From Octopus sinensis (Eukaryota): a stretch of 64,000 nucleotides of DNA. Position numbers and translations under genes: made by a program. This document shows, piece after piece, positions 37,041 through 50,500 of the stretch. The stretch covers positions 4,464,001-4,528,000 of the forward strand of contig NC_043023.1 of assembly GCF_006345805.1 (NCBI RefSeq). The letters are read 5' to 3'. The notes under the pieces were generated by a model, which had not been told where the DNA came from, did not search any database, and saw nothing but the letters and a program-made list of their open reading frames with translations. The stretch's first letter is position 1. Each line of letters starts with the position of its first letter.

Positions 37041-38132
37041 AAATCATTAAAGCATCTGGGAGGACAACCAAACTAAACTATTTGCATGTGGGGCATCTAC
37101 TGCAGCGCTCCACACCATGGTGAAAAGCACATAGAAACATTATATAAACTGCTTTTTTATTTTTCATACAGAAACATGACACCTTAGGGAAGTGACTTTT
37201 ACCTTACCTCAGATCAATCAAAGCCTTGTGAGTGGATTTGGTAGATGGAAACTGAATGAAGCCTATTATGTATATATATATATGTGTCTGTGTGTTAGTG
37301 TCTGTATCCCACCACTGCTTGACAACAAGAACTTAATAAAGAAAAAGGTGGACTTAAGAATTGTATTCTTACTAATTCTAGGAGTCATGTCTATTTAAAA
37401 CACAACTAACTCATAACGGTTAAGTGATGATATATATAGTATAGAAAATAGGTAACTTTGTTGCTATAGATTAGTGTAAACGAGCTAGTTTTAAACTCCA
37501 TATAAGAAGTAAGAAGCAAGTGGAGTTGAAAATCCAAATAAGGGAGAACAGAATTTTTAAATACAGGAGACTGAAATTTATATTTGACCATTAATAATCA
37601 TTTCAGCTTTTTTACAGATTACAAAAAATGTTTAAGGGCCCTCATAAATGGTTAGTGGTATCTAAACTTTGTTTATGTAAATAATATGTCAGAAATATAG
37701 AAGGAGATAATTTACAGAAAATAGTTAAAGCAGTAAAAATTAGATACTAATAGGCAGTTAATACAAGAATATAAGAAAAGAATAAAAATTACAAGGGAAA
37801 TAAATATATGAAGATTAGCAGGTATTTTACTTACAGTGTTTGCTGTTAAAAATATAAAACATCTACGTATATATATATATAGTACTAAGTGAGATAGGGG
37901 TTATGAGTGTAACCCAGTATGGGATATCAGTTATCCAATATACTGCTGGTGAAGTACCCAAAAGGCAAATACATAAATGCTTATAATTGCAAAGCAATTA
38001 ATTCATTTATTGTATTAGATGGGTGAAGGTAAAATATTTTACCTCAAATTCATAATACATAAGAAAATGGAGGAACAGATTCATTTCAATCATCGACTTA
38101 CAGATATTACCAATTCATATTATTTATTAACT

Positions 38133-38319
38133 ACAGAAATAGTACGTACGTACGTACGTACGTACGTACGTACATACATACATACATACATACATACATA
38201 CATACATACATTACATACATACATAAACATACATACGTATTATATATATACGTATATATATATATATGTGTGTATATATATATATATTGTGTAGATTATA
38301 TATAATATATATATATACG

Positions 38320-38355
<36 letters not shown>

Positions 38356-38725
38356 GTATATATATATATATATACGTAATATATATATATATACGTATAT
38401 ATATATATATATACGTATATATATATATATATACGTATATATATATATATATACGTATATATATATATACGTATATATATATATATATACGTATATATAT
38501 ATATATATACGTATATATATATATATATATACGTATATATATATATATATACGTATATATATATATATATATATACGTATATATATATATATATACGATA
38601 TATATATATATACGTATATATAATATATATACGTATATATAATATATAATATATATATATATATATACGTATATATATACGTATATATACGTATATATAT
38701 ATATATATACGTATATATATATATC
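38133..38725. repeat. Compound microsatellite (TACG)n/(TACA)n/(TA)n punctuated by CG
   Basis: Direct reading. Confidence 0.95.
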
Positions 38726-40130
38726 ATCATCATCATCGTCGTTTAACGTCCGTTCTCCATGCTAGCATGGGTTGGACGGTTTGACCGGGGTTCTGGGAAG
38801 CCAGAAGGCTGCACCAGGCTCCAGTCTAATCTGGCAATGTTTCTACAGCTGGATGCCCTTCCTAATGCCAACCACTCCGTGAGTGTAGTGGGTGCTTTTT
38901 ACGTGCCACCTGCACAGGTGCCAGGCGGGGCTGGCAACGGCCACGGTCAGATTGGTGTATTTTATGTGCCACCGGCACGGAAGCCAGTCGAGGCGGTGCT
39001 GGCATCGGCCACGAGTCGGATAGTGCTTTTTACGTACCACCAGACCAGGGATCCTGGCTGGTTCAATTCGATTTCGATTTCGCTTGCCCCAACATGTCTT
39101 CACAAGCAAAGGGGGTTGGCATGGGTGCCTGTCGTACGGTCGCATTGGAGTATTTTACGTGCCACGGCCACGAGTCGGATAGTGCTTTTTACATACCACC
39201 AGACCAGGGATCCTGGTGGTTCAATTCGATTTCGATTTCGCTTGCCCCAACATGTCTTCACAAGCAAAGGGGGTTGGCATGGGTGCCTGTCGTACGGTCG
39301 CATTGGAGTATTTTACGTGCCACGGCCACGAGTCGGATAGTGCTTTTTACGTACCACCAGGCCAGGGATCCTAACTGGTTCAATTCGGTTTCTATTTCGA
39401 TTTCGCTTGCCCCACATGTCTTCGCAGCATGTGGGGGGTTGGCATGGGTGTCTGTCGTCGGATGAGGTTCTATATCGACTTCGCTTGCCTCAACCGGTCT
39501 TTGTGTCCAAGAGGAGGAAAGGCATTCATAAGTGGGCTGGGTTCACTTGTCCTGCCTGGTCTTCTCACGTACAGAATATTTCCAAAGGTCTCGGTCTCTG
39601 GTCATTTCCTCAGTGAGGCCTAAAGTTCGAAGGTCGTGCTTCACCACCTCGTCCCAGGTTTTCCTGGGTCTACCTCTTCACGGGTTCCCTCAACTGCTAG
39701 GGATTGGCACTTTCTCACACACCTATCTTCATCCATTCTCGCCACATGAGCATACCAGCGCAATCGTCTCTCTTGCACACCACAACTGATGCTTCTTAGG
39801 TACAACATTTCTCTCAAGGTGCTAACGCTCTGTCGAGTATGTACACTGACATTACACATCCATCGGAGCATACTGGCTTCATTCCTCACGAGCTTACGCA
39901 TGTCCTCAGCAGTCACGGCCCATGTTTCGCTGCCATGTAGCATGGCTGTTCGTACACACGCATCATACAGTCTGCCTTTTACTCTGAGCGAGAGGCCTTT
40001 AGTCACCAGCAGAGGTAAGAGCTCCCTAAACTTTGCCAGGCTATTCTTATTCTAGCAGTTACACTTCAGCGCACCCACCCCCACTACTGACTTGGTTACC
40101 TAGATAACGGAAGCTATCAACTACTTCTAG
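38725..40130 (-). mobile_element. RTE-clade LINE, young 5'-truncated copy with a long tandem-repeat 3' UTR and (GAT)n tail
   Basis: ORF 39641-40006 KGRLYDACVRTAMLHGSETWAVT...RRLRWYAHVARMDEDRCVRKC, then GRPRKTWDEVV after a frameshift. Three ~158-bp tandem units start at 39006, 39165 and 39323. Terminal catcatcat at ~38725-38737. Confidence 0.9.
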
Positions 40131-40369
40131 TTTTTCCCCCTGGAAAGTGACGGAAGTTGTTTTCTGCAGATTTTCGGAGGTTAATGCTCCCGAGCATCTG
40201 CCACATACAAAAACTATCTTCCCAGTTAGCCTACCTTTGACATTGCTGCACCTCTTATGTGCCCATAGCTTACACTGGGTACATCTTATAGAGTTTCTAC
40301 CTACACCTTTTCTACAGATCGAGCAGGGCCATCTTCCTGAAGATATTTGTGGATTGTCTACCTTTCTAC

Positions 40370-40469
40370 NNNNNNNNNNNNNNNNNNNNNNNNNNNNNNN
40401 NNNNNNNNNNNNNNNNNNNNNNNNNNNNNNNNNNNNNNNNNNNNNNNNNNNNNNNNNNNNNNNNNNNNN
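40370..40469. other. Assembly gap (100 N)
   Basis: Run of N; true size unknown. Confidence 1.
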
Positions 40470-40732
40470 AAGGGAGAAAATAGTCTCTGGGCTCTTAGGC
40501 TGTCGGGTAAGAATCCTGACTGTGATATACCTAGCTGGCCAAAATCATTTTTAATTTAAAAAAAAAGGAGAAAAGTAAAGTCTAGTATCATAATCAATAA
40601 TCAACATATGTAAATATCAAACGAACAACGTAAACTTTTTGTAATTATGTTTTGTATTGTAATGTACTATCTCTGTAAGATTTTTATAATCATAATAAAG
40701 ATTTAGGAAGCGACACCTACTGGTTTGGCTAC

Positions 40733-40774
40733 GCTGCATTGAAAAGGGGCAATACCCCGAAACGCGTCTGTAGC
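40733..40774 (+). ncRNA. Minimal type I hammerhead ribozyme with a U3-A8 core variant
   Basis: gctgca-TTGAAAA-gggg-caata-cccc-GAAA-cgcgtc-tgtagc. 6-bp stem I (one G-U), 4-bp G-C stem II, palindromic stem III acgcgt, GUC cleavage triplet at 40766-40768. Confidence 0.72.
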
Positions 40775-40874
40775 TGCCGGCCAAGTAGTGTGGAGCGACT
40801 GACCTCCCTTGTTCAAAGGTTATATGGATACAGTTTGTGTATCAAATATAACCTTTGAACAAGGTTATATATAC

Positions 40875-40923
<49 letters not shown>

Positions 40924-40942
40924 CTTATATATATATATACTA

Positions 40943-41002
<60 letters not shown>

Positions 41003-41026
41003 ATGTTGACATGTGCCGTTCAAAAG

Positions 41027-41499
41027 GCACTCCTTTCGGCTTGCTCTCCTTTCTGCCTGCTCTCCTTTTCCTGCTCTCCTTTTGTTTTGCACTCCTTTTG
41101 GCTTGCTCTTCTTTCTGCAATCTCTCCTTTTAGTTTGCTCTCCTTCTCCTGCTCTCCTTTTTCCTGCACTCCTTTCAGTTTGCTCTCCTTTCTGCCTGCT
41201 CTCCTTTATATTTGCTCTCCTTTCACTGCTCTCCTTTTGTCTTGCACTCCTTTTGTCTTGCTCTCCTTTCTGCTTGCTCTCCTGATTTGCTCTCCTTTTC
41301 CTGCTCTCCTTCTGTCTTGCACTCCTTTCGGTTTGCTCTCCCTTCTGCCTGCTCTCCTTTTAATTTGCTCTCCTTCTCCTGCTCTCCTTTTTCTTGCACT
41401 TCTTTCGGCTTGCTCCTCTTTTTGCTTGCTCTCCTTTTCGTGCTCTCCTTTTGTTTTGCGCTCCATTTAGCTTGCTCTCCATTTGGCTTGCTCTCCTTA
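41027..41499. repeat. Left-arm minisatellite, 14-17-bp unit with core TGC(T/A)CTCCTT
   Basis: Tandem tgctctcctttctgcc / tgctctccttttcc / tgcactccttttgtct units. Confidence 0.95.
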
Positions 41500-41599
41500 T
41501 GGCAAATTTGAATTAGCATTTGTCTTCACTTTTATATGCTTATTTGCAATACTTCAACACATTTCGTTTTCTGAAAACTACTGTTATTTGAGTGATAAC

Positions 41600-44500
41600 A
41601 TTATCCAAGAGATCACTAAAGTCTCAACTGATTGATAATAAGCTTTGAGATCACTAAAGTCTCAAATGTGTACAACAAAAAATTTAGTGATCTGTTAACT
41701 AATTGATAATAAATATCACTAAAGTCTGTTGTTGTTTATCAACTAAATATTTGCTATATTTTGACATTTTCTAACCTGAAAACTTTTAAAAGCTTATTAT
41801 CAATGAGTTAACCTAACAGAAAACTAAATTCTTTGTTGTTTTCCAAGTACACATTTGCAATATTTCGACTTTTTCTAACCTGAAAACTTTTGAGACTTTA
41901 GTGATGCATGTGTAAGTTTGTTTTTCCTTCTCATGTCAATTGTATCATTATCTTGACTTCCAACTAAGCCACAGACCTCTGTGATACAATCTGACATGGC
42001 CAAAATGTCATGCAACTCTTTGATGACCTCCATCAGATTGTATATCTTTTTCCTTGCAACTGGAAATTTTTTCTTTCAATAACTAAAAAATATTTAGAGA
42101 AAAAGGTTTTAAAATATCTGCGAACGTAAATTTTTAAAAAATTAGCATCAGTTTGTGGTGATATTATGAGTGGTGGCATTTTTGTGGCTAATGGTAGTAA
42201 TGTATTTGTTTTAAATGAAGAGCTCAATCTGTGTGTGCATGATAGAGGTCAGCCTTGATTCACTAGACTTTAAAATCAAAGAATACCAGCCATGACCATT
42301 CTCATTTTTCCGGTACTGTGTCACATCATCCAATGTATCCTTTTCTAAAATGGTAGGATGTAATTTGGTTCAACATTATGATATATAAAACTAGAAGTAA
42401 CCAGCTGCTTCATTTGACAACAAATTTTCTCTCTCCTTCAAACTGTGAGGCATTAGATAGGTGATAAGATCTTGAAATGTATGGTGTGAATTATTTGAAA
42501 TCGAACAAATTGTGGATGGGTGTTGATGCTCTTATTATCAATCATTTAAGTTATCTTTACCTAACAAATCAATAAATTTTTTGTTTTTTAAGTACACAAT
42601 TGCAACATTTGACACTTTTTAACCTGAAAACTTTTGAAACTTTAGTGATATTTTGGATGAATATAAGTTTATTATCAATCATTTAACTTTATCTTTACCT
42701 AACAGATCACTAAAATTTTTTTTGTTTTTCAACACATTTGCAATATTTTGACATTTTCTAACCTGGAAACTTTTAAAAAACTTTAGTGATCTCTTCGATA
42801 AATATAAGCGATCACTAAATATGAGATCATTAAATTCTTTGTTGTTATGGAAGTACACATTTGTAATATTTTGACATTTTCTAACCTGAAATCTTTTCAG
42901 ACTTTAGTGATTTCTATAAGTGATCTCTATAAGCGTATTATCGATCAGGTAACTTATATTTATCTAACAGATCACAAAATTCTTTTTTATTTTTCAAGTA
43001 CACATTTGCAATATTTTGACATTTTCTAACTTGGAAACTTTTCAAACTTATATAAGCGTATTATTATCAATCATTTAACTTATATTTACCTAACAGGTGA
43101 CTAAATTTTTTTGCAATATTTTGACATTTTCTAACTTTAAAACTTTTGAGACTTTAGTGATATCATATTATCCAAGGTATCACTAAAGTCTCATTTAACT
43201 TATCTTTACCTAACAGATCATTAAATTTTTTGTTGCTTTTCAAGTACACATTGGCAACATTCTTTGTTGTTATAGAAGTACACGTTTGCAATATTTCTAA
43301 CTTAATATTTCTAACCTGACAACTTTTGAGACTTTTTTATAAATATAAGCGTATTATCAATCAGGTAACTTATATTTAGATCACTAAATTCTTTTTTGTT
43401 ATTCAAGTACAAATTTGCAATAAATTAACATTTTCTGACCTAAAAACTTTTCAGACTTTATCTCTTGGATAAATATAAGCTTATCAATCAGTTAACTTTC
43501 CCTAAAAGATCACTAAACTTTTCAATGCTTTTCAAGTAGACAGTTGCAATATTTATCCAAGACTTTAGTGATCTCTTGTATAAGCATAAGTTTATTTTCA
43601 CTGTTACCTTGGATAAATATAAGCGTATTATCGATCAGGTAACTTATATTTACCTAACAGATCACTAAATTTTTGTTCCTTTTCAAGTAAACATATGCAA
43701 TATTTTGAGATTTTCTAACCTGGAAACTTTTGAAACTCTAGTGATCTCTTTGATAAGTATAAGCTTATTTTCACTCAGTTAACATATCTACCTAACAGAT
43801 CACTAAATTCTTTTTTGCTTTTCAAGTACACATTTGCAATAATTTGACATTGTCTAACCTGAAAAATTTTAAAAGATAAGTATAAGTTTATTATCAATCA
43901 GTTAACTTATATTTACCTAACATATAACTAAATTCTTTGGATAAGCATAAGCTTATCAATCAGTTAACAGATCACTAAATCCTTTTTACTTTTAAAGTAA
44001 ACATTTTCTAACCTGTGAATTTTGAAACTTTAGTGATCTCTCGGATAAGCATAAGCTTATTTTCTAAACTGAAAACATTTGACACTTTAGTAATCTCTTA
44101 AATAAGTATAAGATTTTTTCACTAAGATCACTAACAGATCACTAACAGATCACTAAATTCTTTTTTGTTTTTCAAGTACACATTTGCAATATTTTGATAT
44201 TTTCTAAGCTGAAAACTTTTGAGACTTTAGTACACATTTGCAATATTTTCAACATTTGCAACATTTTCTATCCTGAAAACTTTTAAGACTTTAGTGATCT
44301 CTTGGATAATTATAAGCGTACTATCACTAAATACTGTGTTGTTATTGAAGTACAGATTTGCAATATTTGGACTTTTTGTAAGTTAAAAAAACTTTTAAGA
44401 GTTTTGTGATATAAGCTACCTTATATTTACCTAACAGATCACTAAATTCTTGTTACTTTTCAAGTACACATTTGCAATATTTGGAAACTTTTAAAACTTT

Positions 44501-47500
44501 AGTGATCTCTTGGATAAGGATAAGCTTATCAATCAGTTAATATTTTTTAAACTGGAAATTTTGAAACTCAGTTAACATGGATAAATATAAGCGTATTATT
44601 GATCAGGTAAGTTATATTTACCTAACAGATCACGAAATTCTTTTTTGTTTTTCAAGTACACATTTGCAATAATTTGACATTCTAATCTGCAAATTTTGAA
44701 ACTTTAGTGACCTCTCGGATAAGCATAAGCTTATTTTCGCAGCCTGAAAACTTTTCAGACAAGTGATATCTTGGATAAATATAAGCTTTTTATCAATCAG
44801 CTAACATATCGAGCTGAGAGATAACCAAATTTTTTGTTGTTTTTCAAGTACAATAATGCAATATTTTGATATTTTCTAACCTGAAAACATTTGATACTTT
44901 AGTGATCTCTTGGATAAATATAAGCGTATTATCAATCAGGTAACTTATAAACCTGAAAACTTTTGAGACTTTATTCATCTGTAAGATAAATATAAACTTA
45001 TATTAACCTAACAGATTACTAAACTCTCTGTTGATAACATATTACAAAATTATATATTGTTGTAGAAGTACACATTTGCAATATTTTGACATTTTCTAAC
45101 CTGAAAACATTTGAGACTTTAGTGATCTCTTGGATAAATATAAGCGTATTATCGATCAGGTAACTTATATTTACCTAACAGATCACTAAATTTTTGTTCC
45201 TTTTCAAGTAAACATATGCAATATTTTGAGATTTTCTAACCTGGAAACTTTTGAAACTCTAGTGATCTCTTGGATAAGTATAAGCTTATTTTCACTCAGT
45301 TAACATATCTACCTAACAGATCACTAAATTCTTTTTTGCTTTTCAAGTACACATTTGCAATAATTTGACATTGTCTAACCTGAAAAATTTTAAAAGATAA
45401 GTATAAGTTTATTATCAATCAGTTAACTTATATTTACCTAACATATAACTAAATTCTTTGGATAAGCATAAGCTTATCAATCAGTTAACAGATCACTAAA
45501 TCCTTTTTACTTTTAAAGTAAACATTTTCTAACCTGTGAATTTTGAAACTTTAGTGATCTCTCGGATAAGCATAAGCTTATTTTCTAAACTGAAAACATT
45601 TGACACTTTAGTAATCTCTTAAATAAGTATAAGCTTCTTTCACTAAGATCACTAACAGATCACTAACAGATCACTAAATTCTCTTTTGTTTTTCAAGTAC
45701 ACATTTGCAATATTTTGAGATTTTCTAACCTGAAAACATTTAGACTTTAGTGATCTCTTGGATAAATACAATCGTATTATCAATCAGGTAACTTATATTT
45801 ACCTGCAAGTACACATTTGCAATAATTTGACATTTTCTAACCTGAAAACTTTTGAGACTTTAGTACACATTTGCAATATTTTCAACAGTTGCAACATTTT
45901 CTATCCTGAAAACTTTTGAGACTTTATTCATCTGTAAGATAAATATAAACTTATATTTACCTAACAGATCACTAAATTCTTGTTACTTTTCAAGTACATA
46001 TTTGCAATATTTTGACACTCTCTAACCTGGAAACTTTTAAAACTTTAGTGATCTCTTGGATAAGGATAAGCTTATCAAACAGTTAATATTCTTTTTTCTT
46101 TTTAAAGAAGCTGAGATCACTAAATTTTTTGTTGTTTTCCAAGTATAAGTATATGAAATATTTTGACATTTTCTAACCTGAAAACTTTTGATACTTTAGT
46201 AATCTCTTGGATAAGTATAAGCTTTTTTCACTAAGATCACTAACAGATCACTAACAGATTACTAAATTCTTTTTTGTTTTTCAAGTACACATTTGCAATA
46301 ATTTGACATTCTAATCTGCAAATTTAGGAAACTTTAGTGACCTCTCGGATAAGCATAAGCTTATTTTCGCAGCCTGAAAACTTTTCAGACAAGTGATATC
46401 TTGGATAAATATAAGCTTTTTATCAATCAGCTAACATATCGAGCTGAGAGATAACCAAATTTTTTGTTGTTTTTCAAGTACAATAATGCAATATTTTGAT
46501 ATTTTCTAACCTGAAAACATTTGAGACTTTAGTGATCTCTTGGATAAATATAAGCGTATTATCGATCAGGTAACTTATATTTACCTAACAGATCACTAAA
46601 TTCTTGTTACTTTTCAAGTACATATTTGCAATATTTTAACACTTTCTAACCTGGAAACTTTTAAAACTTTAGTGATCTCTTGGATAAGGATAAGCTTATC
46701 AATCAGTTAATATTCTTTTTTTCTTTTTAAAGAAGCTGAGATCACTAAATTTTTTGTTGTTTCCAAGTACACATATGAAATATTTTGACATTTTCTAACC
46801 TGAAAACTTTTGATACTTTAGTAATCTCTTGGATAAGCTTTTTTCACTAAGATCACTAACAGATCACTAACAGATCACTAAATTCTTTTTTGTTTTTCAA
46901 GTACACATTTGCAATATTTTGATATTTTCTAAGCTGAAAACTTTTGAGACTTTAGTACACATTTGCAATATTTTCAACATTTGCAACATTTTCTATCCTG
47001 AAAACTTTTAAGACTTTAGTGATCTCTTGGATAATTATAAGCGTACTATCACTAAATACTGTGTTGTTATTGAAGTACAGATTTGCAATATTTGGACTTT
47101 TTGTAAGTTAAAAAAACTTTTAGAGTTTTGTGATATAAGCTACCTTATAACAGATCACTAAATTCTTGTTACTTTTCAGTACACATTTGCAATATTTGGA
47201 AACTTTTAAAACTTTAGTGATCTCTGGATAAGGATAAGCTTATCAATCAGTTAATATTTTTTAAACTGGAAATTTTGAAACTCAGTTAACATGGATAAAT
47301 ATAAGCGTATTATTGATCAGGTAAGTTATATTTACCTAACAGATAACGAAATTCTTTTTTGTTTTTCAAGTACACATTTGCAATAATTTGACATTCTAAT
47401 CTGCAAATTTTGAAACTTTAGTGACCTCTCGGATAAGCATAAGCTTATTTTCGCAGCCTGAAAACTTTTCAGACAAGTGATATCTTGGATAAATATAAGC

Positions 47501-50500
47501 TTTTTATCAATCAGCTTACATATCGAGCTGAGAGATAACCAAATTTTTTGTTGTTTTTCATGTACAATAATGCAATATTTTGATATTTTCTAACCTGAAA
47601 ACATTTGATACTTTAGTGATCTCTTGGATAAATATAAGCGTATTATCGATCAGGTAACTTATATTTACCTAACAGATCACTAAATTTTTGTTCCTTTTCA
47701 AGTAAACATATGCAATATTTTGAGATTTTCTAACCTGGAAACTTTTGAAACTCTTTTAAATAACTCTCGGATAAGCATAAGCTTATTTTCGCAGCCTGAA
47801 AACTTTTCAGACAAGTGATATCTTGGATAAATATAAGCTTTTTATCAATCAGCTAACATATCGAGCTGAGAGATAACCAAATTTTTTGTTGTTTTTCAAG
47901 TCCAATAATGCAATATTTTGATATTTTCTAACCTGAAAACATTTGATACTTTAGTGATCTCTTGGATAAATATAAGCGTATTATCAATCAGGTAACTTAT
48001 AAACCTGAAAACTTTTGAGACTTTATTCATCTGTAAGATAAATATAAACTTATATTAACCTAACAGATTACTAAACTCTCTGTTGATAACATATTACAAA
48101 ATTATATATTGTTGTAGAAGTACACATTTGCAATATTTTGATATTTTCTAACCTGAAAACATTTGAGACTTTAGTGATCTCTTGGATAAATATAAGATAA
48201 GTATAAGTTTATTATCAATCAGTTAACTTATATTTACCTAACATATAACTAAATTCTTTGGATAAGCATAAGCTTATCAATCAGTTAACAGATCACTAAA
48301 TCCTTTTTACTTTTAAAGTAAACATTTTCTAACCTGTGAATTTTGAAACTTTAGTGATCTCTCGGATAAGCATAAGCTTATTTTCTAAACTGAAAACATT
48401 TGACACTTTAGTAATCTCTTAAATAAGTATAAGCTTTTTTCACTAAGATCACTAACAGATCACTAACAGATCACTAAATTCTTTTTTGTTTTTCAAGTAC
48501 ACATTTGCAATATTTTGATATTTTCTAAGCTGAAAACTTTTGAGACTTTAGTGATCGCTCGGATAAGCGTAAGCTTATTTTCACTCAGTTAACTTATATT
48601 AACCTAACAGATTACTAAATTCTATGTTGTTATAGAAGTACAGATTTGCAATATTTTGACATTTTCTAACCTGAAAACATTTGAGACTTTAGTAATCTCT
48701 TGGATAAATACAATCGTATTATCAATCAGGTAACTTACCTGCAAGTACACATTTGCAATAATTTGACATTTTCTATGCTGAAAACTTTTGAGACTTTAGT
48801 ACACATTTGCAATATTTTCAACAGTTGCAACATTTTCTATCCTGAAAACTTTTGAGACTTTATTCATCTGTAAGATAAATATAAACTTATATTTACCTAA
48901 CAGATCACTAAATTCTTGTTACTTTTCAAGTACATATTTGCAATATTTTGACACTTTCTAACCTGGAAACTTTTAAAGCTTTAGTGATCTCTTGGATAAG
49001 GATAAGCTTATCAATCAGTTAATATTCTTTTTTCTTTTTAAAGAAGCTGAGATCACTAAATTCTTTTTTGCTTTTCAAGTACACATTTGCAATAATTTGG
49101 CATTGTCTAACCTGAAAACTTTTAAGACCTTTCTGATCACTTGGATAAATGTAGTCTTATTATCAATCAGAATTTCTTTTTTCTTTTTAAAGTACACATT
49201 TTCTTACCTGGAAATTTTGAAACTTTAGTGATCTCTTGGATAAGCATAAATTTATTTTCATTGTTCACTTGGATAAATATAAGCGTATTATCGATCAGGT
49301 AACATTCTTTTTTGTTTTTCATGTACACATTTGCAATAATTTGATATTTCCTAATCTGGAATTTTTAACTTTAGTGATCTCTCGGATAAGCATGAGCTTA
49401 TTTTCACTCAGTTAACTTATATTAACCTAACAGACTACTAAATTCCTTGTTGTTATAGAAGTACACATTTGCAATATTTTGACATTTTCAAACCTGAAAA
49501 CATTTGAGACTTTACTGATCTCTTGGATAAATATAAGCGTATTATCGATCAGGTAACTTATATTTACCTAACAGATCACTAAATTATTTTTTGTTTTTCA
49601 TGTACACATTTGCAATATTTTTAAATTTTCTAACCTGAAAACTTTTGAGACATTATCAATCAGTTAACTTATATTTACCTAACATATTACAAAATTATAT
49701 ATTGTTGTAGAAGTACACATTTGCAATATTTTGACATTTTCTAACCTGAAAACATTTGAGACTTTAGTGATCTCTTGGATAAATATAAGGTAACTTATAT
49801 TTACCTAATTGATCACTAAATTCTTTTTTGTCTTTCTAGTACACATATGCAATAACTTGACATTTTCTAACCTGAAAATTTTGAGACTTTATTCATCTGT
49901 AAGATAAATATAATCTTATTATTAATCAGTTATTATGAATCAGATCACTAAATTCTTGTTACTTATTAAGTACACATTTGCAATATTTCGACATTTTCTA
50001 ACCTGGAAACTTTCGAAACTTTAGTGAACTTTTGGATAAGTATAAGCTTATCAATCAGTTAACTTATATTAACGTAACAGATCACTAAATTCTTTTTCTT
50101 TTTAAAGTACACGTTTTTTAACCTGTGAATTTTGAAACTTTAGTGATCTCTCGGATAAGCATAAGCTTATTTTCTAAACTGAAAACATTTGACACTTTAG
50201 TAATCTCTTAAATAAGTATAAGCTTTTTTCACTAAGATCACTAACAGATCACTAACAGATCACTAAATTCTTTTTTGTTTTTCAATATTTTTTGCAATAT
50301 TTTGATATTTTCTAAGCTGAAAACTTTTGATACTTTAGTAATCTCTTGGATAAGTATAAGCTTTTTTCACTAAGATCACTAACAGATCACTAAATTCTTT
50401 TTTGTTTTTCAATATTTTTTGCAATATTTTGACATTTTCTAACCTGAAAACTTTTGATACTTTAGTAATCTCTTGGATAAGTATAAGCTTTTTTCACTAA

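Noticed and set aside
40130-40560. ORFs spanning the gap as the host element of the 40733 hammerhead
   Set aside because: No recognisable RT or GIY-YIG motif, and the N gap makes continuity unknowable.
41003-41519. Cys/Leu/Ser-rich and EKESK-rich ORFs resembling repetitive proteins (also 60283-60637)
   Set aside because: All frames on both strands are open because the minisatellite unit lacks stops; no splice or start context.
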